Shown here piece after piece: positions 38,021-48,217 of a stretch of DNA of 64,000 nt. Source of the DNA: Bacteroidota bacterium (GTDB lineage: Bacteria > Bacteroidota > Bacteroidia > B-17B0 > Aurantibacillaceae); NCBI GenBank assembly GCA_046302135.1, contig JBKCIQ010000091.1, positions 92-64,091 of the forward strand, read 5' to 3'. The notes under the pieces are model-generated. The model had not been told where the DNA came from, searched no databases, and was given only the letters and a program-made list of their open reading frames with translations. A program made the translations under genes and the position numbers. The stretch's first letter is position 1; each line of letters opens with the position of its first letter.

Positions 38021-41000
38021 ATGACTAGGCTTATCAAGCTTCCAACTAAATGGATTATTTTTTTAAGCACTTTGTTTTTAATACAATTTGCAGAGTCACA
38101 AACCGAATTGAAATTTTACAACCTTGGAGTGGACCAAGGCCTTTCTCAAAACAGCGTTAGCTGTATAACTCAGGATAAATTTGGGTTTATGTGGTTTGGT
38201 ACAGCCTCCGGGCTAAATCGTTATGATGGGTATGAATTCAAAATATATCAGTTTGATCCTAAAGACAGCCTTAGTCTTTCAGAGAGCGCTATTACCGCAC
38301 TTTTTGTTACAAATAACGGAGACATATTAGTTGCCACGAGGCATGGCGGATTTAACCGATTCAATAAAAGCACGGGGAAGGTTGAGAGATACACTAACTT
38401 TCCAAAAAACAGTAAATCCATTTCCAGTAATTCTGTTAATTGTGTTATTGAGACCAAAAGGGGAGTTGTTTTTGCCGGAACAGATAAGGGGTTAAATATT
38501 TACAACGGTTCTGCTTTTGTAAAAAAAACAATTAAAGAAAAACAAGGCGAAAAGGTAACAGCATTATTTGAGGATAATACAGGAAAAATATGGGTTGGCG
38601 GCGCTTCAAATACAATAACACAGTATAATTTTCAAAAGGATGAGTTTGTTGTTTTTACTGACCCTGACATTACCGCTAGAAATTACATTACCAAATCTAT
38701 AAAAGAATTTGCTCCAGGAATATTAATGTTGGCAACAACACGGGGCCTCAGATTCTTTGACACCTATTCAAAAAGATTTGTTAACTGCTTGATTGAATAC
38801 AATAACCCCGACTTATTATTGAGCCATGAAATAACGTCTTTTACAAAGGACAAGCTTGGAAATGTGTGGTGTGCAGTAAGTATTAGTCAATCTGAAAATA
38901 AAATTGTAAAAATTAACCCATTTGAAAAAAACGTGGAATATGTCATCAAGACAGAGGTAACACAAAGCTCTGCCGCCCAAGAAAAAATATTATCTATGTA
39001 TACGGACGCATCAGGGCTTGTTTGGATGGGCACCGACGGAAAAGGAACCGCATATTTCAACCCATACGGCTCTAAATTTTCCACAATTAAAAACGGACAA
39101 AAAGAATTGAATCAGCTAACCAATGAATATGTATATGCCATCGAGGAAGACACTGATGGCTCTGTTTGGATTGGCACTAACGATTTTGAGTTACATCAGT
39201 ATTTTCCTGCCACAGGAAAAATGAAATATTTTTCTACCGGCGTGATACAAAGGAACTGGTGCTCAGATATAGAAAAATCTGTTTACAACAAGGGAAAAAT
39301 TTGGCTTTCTTTTAGAAAAAAGGACGATGAAGGGGGTGTAATTTTATTCGATGAAAAGACCGGGCAATATAAAACATTAGATGAGCTTTCTGGGAAAATT
39401 AACTGTCTTGGAACGTACATAGTGCGTGTTATTAAAGAAGAAGGGAATTTATTATGGGTTGGAACACAAGAACGAGGACTTTTTTGTTTTAATCAGACAA
39501 CAAAGGAGTTGATTGCTTTCAACAATAAGAACGGAGATCCAAATTCATTACCAAACGACGAGGTTGCCGACATTTTTCGCGACAGCAAAAAACGCCTTTG
39601 GATTGCAACTCGCGGTGGACTTGGCATATTAAATGAGAAGACAAAACAATTTATAAATTTCAAGCACCTCACATCTAACCCTAATTCTTTAAGCGCTAAC
39701 AATGTTTTATCTTTTTTAGAGGACTCCCGTAAAAATATTTGGGTGTGTACCTCTCACGGCTTAAATCTTTATAACGAAAGAAAAAACAACTTTAAGCTTT
39801 TTTCAGTTTCAGATGGGCTTCCGGATAATTTTATATATGGAGCACTTGAAGACAGTAAGGGTAAATTATGGATAAGCACTAATAACGGGTTGAGCGTTTT
39901 TAATATAAAAGACAGCTCCTTTAAGAATTATTCTGCCAGCGATGGTTTGCAGAGCAACGAGTTTAATACTCACGCGTTTCATAAAGGAAAAAAAGGGTTA
40001 ATGTATTTTGGGGGAATTAATGGTCTTAATTATTTTTATCCGGACAGCATAACCAAAAAAACATTTTCACCTACAATTTTATTAACTTCATTTACTGTTT
40101 TAGGAAAAAAGCTAGATTTAGATTCGTTCATTCATGTAAAGAAAAGGATAATCCTAAATCATGATGAAAGTTTTTTGTCATTCGATTTTGCATCATTAGA
40201 TTTTTTTCATCCCGATAAAAATATTTTAGCGTGTAAACTAGAAGGAATTGATAAGGACTGGATATATTTCAATAAAAAACACGGAATTTCATATTCCAAT
40301 TTGGTGCCCGGCTCATATAGGTTATTTATAAATGGAACCAATTCTGACGGTGATTGGAGCGATAGATCAAACCCGATTGAAATTGTCATACTTCCTCCTT
40401 TTTATAAAACAAATTGGTTTTATGCAGTTTGTTTGTTTACGGTTTTAATGTTAATTAGATTTATTTATCGTTATAGGGTAAGAAAACTCATAAAAGCAAG
40501 AAATGAATTAGAGCTACAGGTTCAGGAAAGGACTCAAGAAGTGGTAGAGCAAAAAAATGAATTGAACAGATCTTATGATAATATTAAACTATTAAGCGAA
40601 ATAGGCAAGAAAATTACTTCAACGCTGGAACTAAATGAGCTTGGAAGGGTGGTTTATAAAGAACTTAATTTTTTGCTTGATGCTGAAATTTTTTCGATAG
40701 GAATTTTTAATGCAAGTACAAAAACTATTGAATATATTTCATCAATTGAAAAAGGAAACGATTTTGAAATTCCACCTGTTTTAATTGATGAAGCAAATTG
40801 TTTTTCGTCGCAATGTTTAAAAAAAGGGAAGGAATATATTATAAATGATGTTTCTGTATGGAATAAAAACCAAAGCATAGAGTTAGCAAATATTGTCGGA
40901 AACGATAAATCACAGGCACTTGTTTATATACCCATACTCAACTCACAAGGTACTACACAGGGAGTGTTTACCGTGCAAAGCTCAAGAAAAAATGCATACT

Positions 41001-42274
41001 CAAATTATCACATTAACCTACTGCGTAATCTATCTGTTTACATCAATATTGCCATAGAAAATGCCAGGGCCTTTAAAGTTTTGAATGAAGCAAGAACGGA
41101 ACTGGAAAAATTATCTTTGGTAGCAAGCAGGACCGACAACGGGGTTGTGATTTGCGATGAAAAAGGCAATATAGAATGGCTTAACGATGGTTTTTCCAGG
41201 TTATACGGATATAACCTAGAGGAGTTTATTAATACATTTGATAGAAATATTTTAAAGGCAAGTAACAGTTCCAAAATTTCTAAAATCCTTAAAGAATGTT
41301 TCGAAACAAAGAGAACTGTTGTTTATGAATCTAAAGCAAACACAAAAGATGGAAAGGATATGTGGGTTCAAACAACGCTTACGCCAATTTTAGATTTAAA
41401 TAAAAACATTCACAAACTAATTGCAATTGATACTGACATTACTGAATTAAAAATAGCCGAAGAACAAATTTTAAGACAAAAGAATGAGATAGAGGCAAAA
41501 AACAAAGACATAACGGATAGTATTAATTATGCAAGACGAATACAAAAAGCAACGCTTGCCACTAAAACTCAGCTAGAGGAAACGTTTTCAGATAACTTTG
41601 TTTTTTTCAGACCAAAAGATATTGTTAGTGGAGACTTCTATTGGATGTCAAAAAATGAAAACGGGAAAGTTTTTATGGCAATTGCAGATTGTACAGGTCA
41701 CGGAGTTCCCGGTGCAATTTTAAGCGTTATTGGCACAGCATTGTTAGATGAAATTATCATACAGCAAAAGATAGAAAATCCCGCTGAAGCGCTGGAGAAA
41801 ATGAGGAAAGAAATTATAAGATTACTAAATCCCGATGGGGCCGAAGAAGAAACTAATGATGGAATTGACATTGTGCTCTGCGCAATCGATTTTGGAGGCG
41901 CAGACAATAAAATTAAAATGGAATTTGCATGTGCTAAAAATCCTTTGGTTTTAATCAGGAACGGAGAATTAAAAGAATTTACACCTGATTATTTTTGTGT
42001 TGGTAAAGATCAAAACTATGAGAAACCATTCAACTTACACAGGATAGAAGTTGAAAAAGGCGATAAAATTTATATTTACAGCGATGGTTATGCCGATCAG
42101 TTTGGAGGAGAAAAAGGAAAAAAGTTCAAAGCGAAAAATCTTCAGGAGCTGTTGTTAAGCACAAGTAATTTATCAATGAGCGAACAGCACTCTGTGCTTG
42201 TTGATGCACACGAGAGATGGAAAGGCGATTACGCACAGGTAGATGATGTTTGTGTTGTAGGGGCTTGTTTTTGA
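38021..42274 (+). CDS. sensor protein: periplasmic two-component-regulator propeller repeats + Y_Y_Y, TM, coiled coil, GAF, PAS, PP2C/SpoIIE phosphatase
   Basis: Reg_prop repeats are present (GLSQNSVSCITQDKFGFMWFGTASGLNRYDG and others), followed by the Y_Y_Y-like segment LVPGSYRLFINGTNSDGDWS. The TM segment WFYAVCLFTVLMLIRFIY lies near 40411. A PAS segment (GVVICDEKGNIEWLNDGFSRLYGY) and PP2C motifs (SGDFYWM...IADCTGHGVPGA...YSDGYADQ) follow. Confidence 0.88.
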   Translation: MTRLIKLPTKWIIFLSTLFLIQFAESQTELKFYNLGVDQGLSQNSVSCITQDKFGFMWFGTASGLNRYDGYEFKIYQFDPKDSLSLSESAITALFVTNNGDILVATRHGGFNRFNKSTGKVERYTNFPKNSKSISSNSVNCVIETKRGVVFAGTDKGLNIYNGSAFVKKTIKEKQGEKVTALFEDNTGKIWVGGASNTITQYNFQKDEFVVFTDPDITARNYITKSIKEFAPGILMLATTRGLRFFDTYSKRFVNCLIEYNNPDLLLSHEITSFTKDKLGNVWCAVSISQSENKIVKINPFEKNVEYVIKTEVTQSSAAQEKILSMYTDASGLVWMGTDGKGTAYFNPYGSKFSTIKNGQKELNQLTNEYVYAIEEDTDGSVWIGTNDFELHQYFPATGKMKYFSTGVIQRNWCSDIEKSVYNKGKIWLSFRKKDDEGGVILFDEKTGQYKTLDELSGKINCLGTYIVRVIKEEGNLLWVGTQERGLFCFNQTTKELIAFNNKNGDPNSLPNDEVADIFRDSKKRLWIATRGGLGILNEKTKQFINFKHLTSNPNSLSANNVLSFLEDSRKNIWVCTSHGLNLYNERKNNFKLFSVSDGLPDNFIYGALEDSKGKLWISTNNGLSVFNIKDSSFKNYSASDGLQSNEFNTHAFHKGKKGLMYFGGINGLNYFYPDSITKKTFSPTILLTSFTVLGKKLDLDSFIHVKKRIILNHDESFLSFDFASLDFFHPDKNILACKLEGIDKDWIYFNKKHGISYSNLVPGSYRLFINGTNSDGDWSDRSNPIEIVILPPFYKTNWFYAVCLFTVLMLIRFIYRYRVRKLIKARNELELQVQERTQEVVEQKNELNRSYDNIKLLSEIGKKITSTLELNELGRVVYKELNFLLDAEIFSIGIFNASTKTIEYISSIEKGNDFEIPPVLIDEANCFSSQCLKKGKEYIINDVSVWNKNQSIELANIVGNDKSQALVYIPILNSQGTTQGVFTVQSSRKNAYSNYHINLLRNLSVYINIAIENARAFKVLNEARTELEKLSLVASRTDNGVVICDEKGNIEWLNDGFSRLYGYNLEEFINTFDRNILKASNSSKISKILKECFETKRTVVYESKANTKDGKDMWVQTTLTPILDLNKNIHKLIAIDTDITELKIAEEQILRQKNEIEAKNKDITDSINYARRIQKATLATKTQLEETFSDNFVFFRPKDIVSGDFYWMSKNENGKVFMAIADCTGHGVPGAILSVIGTALLDEIIIQQKIENPAEALEKMRKEIIRLLNPDGAEEETNDGIDIVLCAIDFGGADNKIKMEFACAKNPLVLIRNGELKEFTPDYFCVGKDQNYEKPFNLHRIEVEKGDKIYIYSDGYADQFGGEKGKKFKAKNLQELLLSTSNLSMSEQHSVLVDAHERWKGDYAQVDDVCVVGACF

Positions 42275-42300
42275 ATAAAGAAACCAAATTTCATAAATTT

Positions 42301-42720
42301 ATGATCTCTATGCGGAAATTTTTTCTGTTTATATTTCTTTCCTTTTCTTTATTTGCATTTACTCAAAGCAAGGTTACGAAAATGCTATTGAGCAATTCTT
42401 TCAATCAAACAAAGCAACCGGAACAGGCAAAAAAATCGTTTTTAAATACAAACAAAAGAAAGTATAATCCTATTAACTACATAGGTGGCGCGTTTATTTT
42501 TTTCTATCAAAATGTTTTTTCCGAACAAATACAAGCCAACTGTGCCTATGAAATCAGTTGCAGCAACTACACAAAAAAATGTATGGAGACAAAAGGTCCA
42601 ATAAAGGGTTTTTTATTGGGCATACATCAATTAAGCTGTTGTTTCGGCGGAATTGAAGATGATTATGAAATAATTTCTATAACAGCAGAAGGTAAGGTAA
42701 ATAATTTGTCGACGGAATGA
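42301..42720 (+). CDS. YidD-like (haemolytic-domain/PF01809-like) protein with N-terminal signal/anchor
   Basis: FFYQNVFSEQIQANCAYEISCSNYTKKCMETKGPIKGFLLGIHQLSCC aligns to the YidD pattern FYQ..IS....C.F.P.CS.Y.....G..KG..L...R...C. ATG 42301 gives MISMRKFFLFIFLSFSLFAF. Confidence 0.55.
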   Translation: MISMRKFFLFIFLSFSLFAFTQSKVTKMLLSNSFNQTKQPEQAKKSFLNTNKRKYNPINYIGGAFIFFYQNVFSEQIQANCAYEISCSNYTKKCMETKGPIKGFLLGIHQLSCCFGGIEDDYEIISITAEGKVNNLSTE

Positions 42721-43502
42721 AAAGGGGACTTCTGATAATAGCATTTTATGTTACTACATTTAGTCTTTTTGCCCAAAAAGAAAAAGAATTTGTAAAGCAT
42801 TTATTAAAGAACAATTTAAAAAGCGAACACTTTACGCTTTTGCAATTAAAGTCAAAACTACCTTTTGATTCTTTGAACTACTTGTGGTCCCAATATTATT
42901 TAAATTATAATGAGAATCAAAACCTAATAAAGTCAATACAGCAGTCAAGTTTTTTTTTAGAAAAGGATACTGCGTTTTTTAACGCGTGTTCGGTTTATTT
43001 TTTGAGTCAAAAGCCTTCAGACCTCGATGGTTTTTATTCCATTGCACAAAATTTGAACAGGCCGTACTACTCCTCACAAATTTATAGTTTGGTTAAATTA
43101 ATTAATGAGCCGGCCGCTAGAGACACCTTTTTAATTCCTATAAAATTAAAAACCTCCTTCAATAATTTTTTTGTGTCCTGTAAGAAAAAACCGGCAATTG
43201 CGGCGGGACTTTCTGCTGTTCTTCCGGGAGCCGGAAAACTCTACACTGGCAGACCTAGGTCTTTCGTTAACGTATTGTTTGCTCATGTTCTAAACGGAAT
43301 AGCCTTATATGAGACAATTAATAAACGTGGAATAAAGAATCCATACTCTATTTTTTGTGTCTCATACACCGGCCTGTTTTATCTTGCTAATGTTTACGGA
43401 AGTTATCATGATGTAAAACAGGCCCGAATGGAGAAAAGAAAAAAGTTTTTATTTGATGCAAAGAATTATTACAATATTAATTGCCATTATCCTCCGGAGT
43501 AA
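42717..43502 (+). CDS. hypothetical membrane protein (soluble N-domain + C-terminal PG.G...GRP TM hairpin), paralog A
   Basis: Signal peptide, with C-terminal AAGLSAVLPGAGKLYTGRPRSFVNVLFAHVLNG and a second hydrophobic segment. ATGA-coupled to the upstream gene. Confidence 0.65.
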   Translation: MKRGLLIIAFYVTTFSLFAQKEKEFVKHLLKNNLKSEHFTLLQLKSKLPFDSLNYLWSQYYLNYNENQNLIKSIQQSSFFLEKDTAFFNACSVYFLSQKPSDLDGFYSIAQNLNRPYYSSQIYSLVKLINEPAARDTFLIPIKLKTSFNNFFVSCKKKPAIAAGLSAVLPGAGKLYTGRPRSFVNVLFAHVLNGIALYETINKRGIKNPYSIFCVSYTGLFYLANVYGSYHDVKQARMEKRKKFLFDAKNYYNINCHYPPE

Positions 43503-44277
43503 TTGCCTTTTCTGCCAAACAGAAATGGATAAAAAATTACTTTTTCTTGAGGAACAAATTTTTATTTCTGAAAACGATTCAGAAAAGAACAACTATTTGC
43601 TTCAAAAAATAAAACTATACATTGAAAACGATTCTATCAATAAATCAGCGCTTAAAGAAGTGAAGAGGGTTAACCCTTCTTACCTTTTTGACTCAATAAA
43701 AAAAGTAGATTTTTTCTGGAATGCCGCTATCATCTGCCATTTAAATAATGACCATAATAACGCTAAGCATTACCTATCAGAGTATAACAGTTGTAATAAT
43801 GACACACTGCTTAATTCGATCTTGTTGAAATTTTTGATATTTGTGGGTCACGATTCATTTAAGGCAGAATCTATTTTGAGTGCGGCAAACAAAAAAGACA
43901 CTGCTTTTTCTTCTATAAGTTGTCTTAACGAAATGAGCAATAAAACATTTGTAAAGGGCAAAAAAATAATGATAGCCTCGTCTTATTTCGTGCCCGGTTC
44001 GGGGACAATAATGGCCGGACGCCCAATTAAAGGAATTGTATCTCTCCTTGCGGTAGGTGCGCTTGGAGCAGGAACTTATTCACTTGCAGTAAACACACTT
44101 TATCTAAACGCATTATTTGTTGCGTTTCCGTGGTTTTATAAGTTTTACAATGGACAAGCCCGGCTCACAAGGAAGACAATTGAGAAAAAAGAAGATGCAA
44201 GAAAGCAGAAATACGCTCAACATTGTGAGGTGGCATTAAAAAAACTATTGGAAAAATATCCTATAGAATTCAAATGA
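43456..44277 (+). CDS. hypothetical membrane protein, paralog B of the preceding gene
   Basis: It has the same layout, with SSYFVPGSGTIMAGRPIKGIVSLLAVGALGAG and a second TM. It overlaps the preceding gene by about 47 nt. The ORF track starts at TTG 43453. Confidence 0.65.
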   Translation: MQRIITILIAIILRSNCLFCQTEMDKKLLFLEEQIFISENDSEKNNYLLQKIKLYIENDSINKSALKEVKRVNPSYLFDSIKKVDFFWNAAIICHLNNDHNNAKHYLSEYNSCNNDTLLNSILLKFLIFVGHDSFKAESILSAANKKDTAFSSISCLNEMSNKTFVKGKKIMIASSYFVPGSGTIMAGRPIKGIVSLLAVGALGAGTYSLAVNTLYLNALFVAFPWFYKFYNGQARLTRKTIEKKEDARKQKYAQHCEVALKKLLEKYPIEFK

Positions 44278-45677
44278 GTTCAAATTATTTCTTCCTGCAT
44301 AACTCCGTACGCAAATCTTTATATTTCATATTAAGTATTATTTTACTGTGTTGTGTTTTTTCTTGTAAGGAGTATATAAAAAGCGAAGACGAAAACAATG
44401 AGATAAATTTTACCGAGCACATTTCACCAATCGTTTATAAAAACTGTAGTCCATGTCATAGACCGGGGCAGGCAGGCCCATTTTCTCTATTAACATATAA
44501 TGACGTAAGACGGAATGCCAACAAAATCAAATTTGCAGTTTCAACTCGTTACATGCCACCCTGGCCTGCTGACCCTAGTTATTCGCATTTTTTAGGCGAG
44601 CGCGTTTTAAGTGAGCATGAAATTACTTTAATAAAAAAATGGATCGACAACAAAATGCCTTCAGGCGATACGGCTCGTTTAGTTGTTCCCGAATTCATTG
44701 AATCTTCTTATTTCGGTAAACCTGACCTAGTAGTGAAAATGCAATCACCTGTTGAGCTGAAAGGTAACGGAGAGGATAATTTTCTCGTTGTAAAATTACC
44801 TTACGAAATAGAAAAAGATACTTTTGTTCGTTTGATTGAATTTGTTCCGGGAAAACGAAAACTTATTCATCATGTAAATGGTCACACAATTTCATATGAT
44901 TCTGACAAGAAAAAAAATGTTTTTTCCGGAAAAAACATTTTGCCGGATATGTTGGATAATTTTAATGTTGCCTTCACAGAGATGGGCTTACAACACGACG
45001 ACGGCAGTTTTCCTGTTTTAACTCCCGGGACAGTTTATTATTTACCGGGCTACACGCCCCCAAAATATCCTGATAATGTCGGAGGTTATTTTTTAAAACG
45101 TAAAGGGGCTTTTTTACTTAAGAACATACACTATGGGCCAACCGCTCAGGATGTTTATGATTCATCATACATTAATGTTTTTTACAGAAAAAATCCTCCT
45201 GAAAGAATCGTTCGGGAAATTCAGCTTGGGACCTTTGGACTCAGTGAAATAGAACCGGAATTTACCATTCCTGCAAATGAAGTTAAAACCTTTCACACGC
45301 ACTGGACCGTTCCCTATGAAATTTCTTTACTGTCTGTTAATCCTCACATGCATTTATTGGGCAAAAACTTTGTTTCGTATGCAGTAACTCCCGGTAAGGA
45401 TACAATCCCTATAATTAGAATAAATAAATGGGATTTCAGGTGGCAGTATTATTATACTTTTAAGAAGGTGCTGAGGATTCCTAAAGGAAGCGTTATTCAT
45501 GCATTTGCAACATTCGACAACACCAAAAATAATTTACTAAATCCATATTCTCCGCCAAAAACTTTTTACGAAAGAAAAGGAAAAGAGAGTATGAAAACAA
45601 CGGAAGAGATGTTTCAACTCATACTTTCGATTTTACCTTACAAAGCCGGTGATGAAAAAATGAGTCTCGAGCCGTAG
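44274..45677 (+). CDS. CxxCH (heme c motif) protein with PHM/DBH-like copper monooxygenase-type His motifs
   Basis: CSPCH lies at 44445-44459 in a cytochrome-c-like context (CHRPGQAGPFSL). LIHHVNGH is at 44868-44885 and NPHMHLLG (HxH) at 45345-45353. Downstream Met residues are present. ATGA-coupled to the upstream gene. Confidence 0.5.
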   Translation: MSSNYFFLHNSVRKSLYFILSIILLCCVFSCKEYIKSEDENNEINFTEHISPIVYKNCSPCHRPGQAGPFSLLTYNDVRRNANKIKFAVSTRYMPPWPADPSYSHFLGERVLSEHEITLIKKWIDNKMPSGDTARLVVPEFIESSYFGKPDLVVKMQSPVELKGNGEDNFLVVKLPYEIEKDTFVRLIEFVPGKRKLIHHVNGHTISYDSDKKKNVFSGKNILPDMLDNFNVAFTEMGLQHDDGSFPVLTPGTVYYLPGYTPPKYPDNVGGYFLKRKGAFLLKNIHYGPTAQDVYDSSYINVFYRKNPPERIVREIQLGTFGLSEIEPEFTIPANEVKTFHTHWTVPYEISLLSVNPHMHLLGKNFVSYAVTPGKDTIPIIRINKWDFRWQYYYTFKKVLRIPKGSVIHAFATFDNTKNNLLNPYSPPKTFYERKGKESMKTTEEMFQLILSILPYKAGDEKMSLEP

Positions 45678-45679
45678 CC

Positions 45680-48130
45680 TTAGAAACTTAAGCTGAAGCC
45701 GCCTTTAATTCCCCATTTTTGGGCGCCAGGAATATCCTTGTAAGACAATCTCCAAAACGCATCAAGCCTAAAAATTTTCGCAATATTTTCAACGCCCACG
45801 GAAACCTCCTGATATGGTCCCGAGTTGAGAGAATAAAGCGTATTCGGAAAAATCAATTCGCGCTTATTCACATCACTAATAGAACCAAAAAGAATTTTAT
45901 AGGTTACTACCTCTCTCCATTTCAACCTACGAAAGAGAGGGATTTTATTGAAGAATAAGCCTTCGAAGTGATGAAAAACCCATAGTGAAGCATACTGATC
46001 GCTAACAAACTCATAAAAGTTCATTGTGTTGTATGCCATGTAATCATAAATATAAGTTACGTTTCCACCATGAAGCTCAAGAAGCGGGTAGGGGGCAGCA
46101 CCCCAGAATTTCCCTGCCTCCAGCGTAAAATCTGTATAACCTAAGAGAGGATTAATTCTGATGCGGTCATCAATTTTTACAACAGCTTTTCTATAAGAAA
46201 ATTGTCCCTCATATAAATTTGGAATTGATGAGGTGAGGCTTACTTGCAATATTGGATATTTTGTTCCCAGCGAGGCACGATCGAAAGCTCCGCTAACAAA
46301 TTTTTCATCGTATGCAAACCTGGCAAGTAAACGGAGCTCAGAGGTTCTTAAATATGGATAAAAACCAATTTGATTGTCTTCTTGCAGGTAATTATAAGTC
46401 ATGCCTGCAGTAGGAGCAAGTTTTCTGTTAACAAAAGTTGCTTTTGTTGTTAGGCCATATTTCCATTCCTTTTCATACCAAAGCATGGTCTCATCAACCC
46501 TTGTTAATGAATTCAAAGGCGTTCTTCTGAAAAAAGATGCAAAGAAATTATCTTGAGAAAATCCATTTTGACTTTGTCCTAAGATTTCAAGATCGCTTTT
46601 ATAATTTATTCCTATCAATTGTCTTAAAGGTGTTTTATTAAGGAAAGATTTAAAACCAAGGTTATATTTGAATTGTTCATCTTTAAATCCATAGGCAACG
46701 TAGCCTGACAATTGATACCATTCAGAGAACTGATTACTTGTTCTTCCGCCAAACCGTAAACGCATTCCCTCAAGCAAATTGTAACTCAGCATATTCGAGT
46801 AGGGGCCTATTTCAAAATTACCCAAGACCTCGTAGCCCGAAATAATTATTGTGAATATATCCACCCAAGTTCTATACACGGGAAGCGTTTGTAAGGTATC
46901 AATCATTTTTATGATTTTCTTTTCATTTGAGCTAAGAGAATCGTGTCGGTTTTTTTCCCAGAAATCATCGGTTTTTTTTGTAGCGTCGTCTTTAACTTCA
47001 ACGTTCTGCCCTTCTGTGAAAAATGAAGTTTGTTTAGGTTGATTGGTAATTATTTTTTTGTAGGATGTTGTTTTTCTTCCGTAAATACCGGCCATACCCT
47101 CCTTAACAGAGAAATCTATAACCAACCTATCTTTTTCCAGCATCCAGCTACTGTCTGCATAAGTATACTCCTGAATGATATTAGCGGCTTGTATGAAGTT
47201 AATGTTGGCGTCTTTGGGAATACTCATTTCCAGACGCCTCAACCCAAAAGTTGTATCGGCAATCCACATATTGCCAGAAAACAAGAGTTCCATTTTACGC
47301 TTTGGCTTAAACCGGATGTGATAACACCTTGTATTTCCAATGAACATACTGTCTTCGAGATAAAATTTGTAATAAAAGATGGCATTATCACTAACAGGAC
47401 TTACAAACTGTTTTCCAAAAACAAGAATATTATTGTCGTAGATATTGATGTTTTGGTACATGTCACCCATTACCTGGCTAACACTGTTGTTTTCAATTCC
47501 TGTTACACGACTGGCAAGAATTATTTCTTTTTTCAGTTTAGGATTGTCTCTGTAATAAAACTCAGAAAGGTTTTCTACCATGAAAATTGGTAAAAAAGGC
47601 TTCTCTCCATTTGAATTTGAACTGTCAACATTGTCAAAAATAAATTTTAAGGGTTTCATGACCTTTTTCTCTTTAAGAGATTTCGGGATATTGTTGAGGT
47701 CAAATTCAATTTTATTATAAACTTCATATTGGTAAGACTTTAATTTTTTCTTGTCGTTTTTCTCTTTGTTTGCAACAACTTGTCTGATTATTCTGTGCGC
47801 AGGGTTTTCTCCGGGCTTTACCACAACCTCTTCCAGTGAAAAAACCTCCAGGCCCACATTTATTACTTGTGTTTCCCCGTTTTTTACCGCAAAAGATTTA
47901 CTAACGTAACCCGTATAGGCAATTTGAATAGAGTCAGACTTTAATTTTGTTTCAATTCTGTAATTCCCATCAAAGTCCGAATTTGTACCAACTGAGGTGC
48001 CTTTTAAATTAATAATTGCAAAGGGTATTGCTTCTCCTGTTGCCTGATCAAAAACGCGACCTGTAATCACAGTTTGAGTCAACATTAATATTGGCAAAAA
48101 ATGAAAAAGTAAAAACGCCCTTTTAATCAT
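45680..48130 (-). CDS. large outer-membrane-type protein with N-terminal carboxypeptidase-regulatory-like domain (DUF5686-like)
   Basis: Signal peptide followed by ITGRVFDQATGEAIPFAIINLKGTSVGTNSDFDGNYRI (CarboxypepD_reg-like). The long beta-rich C-terminus ends ...GGFSLSF. Confidence 0.75.
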   Translation of the reverse strand: MIKRAFLLFHFLPILMLTQTVITGRVFDQATGEAIPFAIINLKGTSVGTNSDFDGNYRIETKLKSDSIQIAYTGYVSKSFAVKNGETQVINVGLEVFSLEEVVVKPGENPAHRIIRQVVANKEKNDKKKLKSYQYEVYNKIEFDLNNIPKSLKEKKVMKPLKFIFDNVDSSNSNGEKPFLPIFMVENLSEFYYRDNPKLKKEIILASRVTGIENNSVSQVMGDMYQNINIYDNNILVFGKQFVSPVSDNAIFYYKFYLEDSMFIGNTRCYHIRFKPKRKMELLFSGNMWIADTTFGLRRLEMSIPKDANINFIQAANIIQEYTYADSSWMLEKDRLVIDFSVKEGMAGIYGRKTTSYKKIITNQPKQTSFFTEGQNVEVKDDATKKTDDFWEKNRHDSLSSNEKKIIKMIDTLQTLPVYRTWVDIFTIIISGYEVLGNFEIGPYSNMLSYNLLEGMRLRFGGRTSNQFSEWYQLSGYVAYGFKDEQFKYNLGFKSFLNKTPLRQLIGINYKSDLEILGQSQNGFSQDNFFASFFRRTPLNSLTRVDETMLWYEKEWKYGLTTKATFVNRKLAPTAGMTYNYLQEDNQIGFYPYLRTSELRLLARFAYDEKFVSGAFDRASLGTKYPILQVSLTSSIPNLYEGQFSYRKAVVKIDDRIRINPLLGYTDFTLEAGKFWGAAPYPLLELHGGNVTYIYDYMAYNTMNFYEFVSDQYASLWVFHHFEGLFFNKIPLFRRLKWREVVTYKILFGSISDVNKRELIFPNTLYSLNSGPYQEVSVGVENIAKIFRLDAFWRLSYKDIPGAQKWGIKGGFSLSF

Positions 48131-48217
48131 TTGATTTAAATCAACAGATGAAATTAAAGAAAAAATAAATTACCCGCACCAATACCATCATATTTAAGTA
48201 AAAACAATAAAACACTC

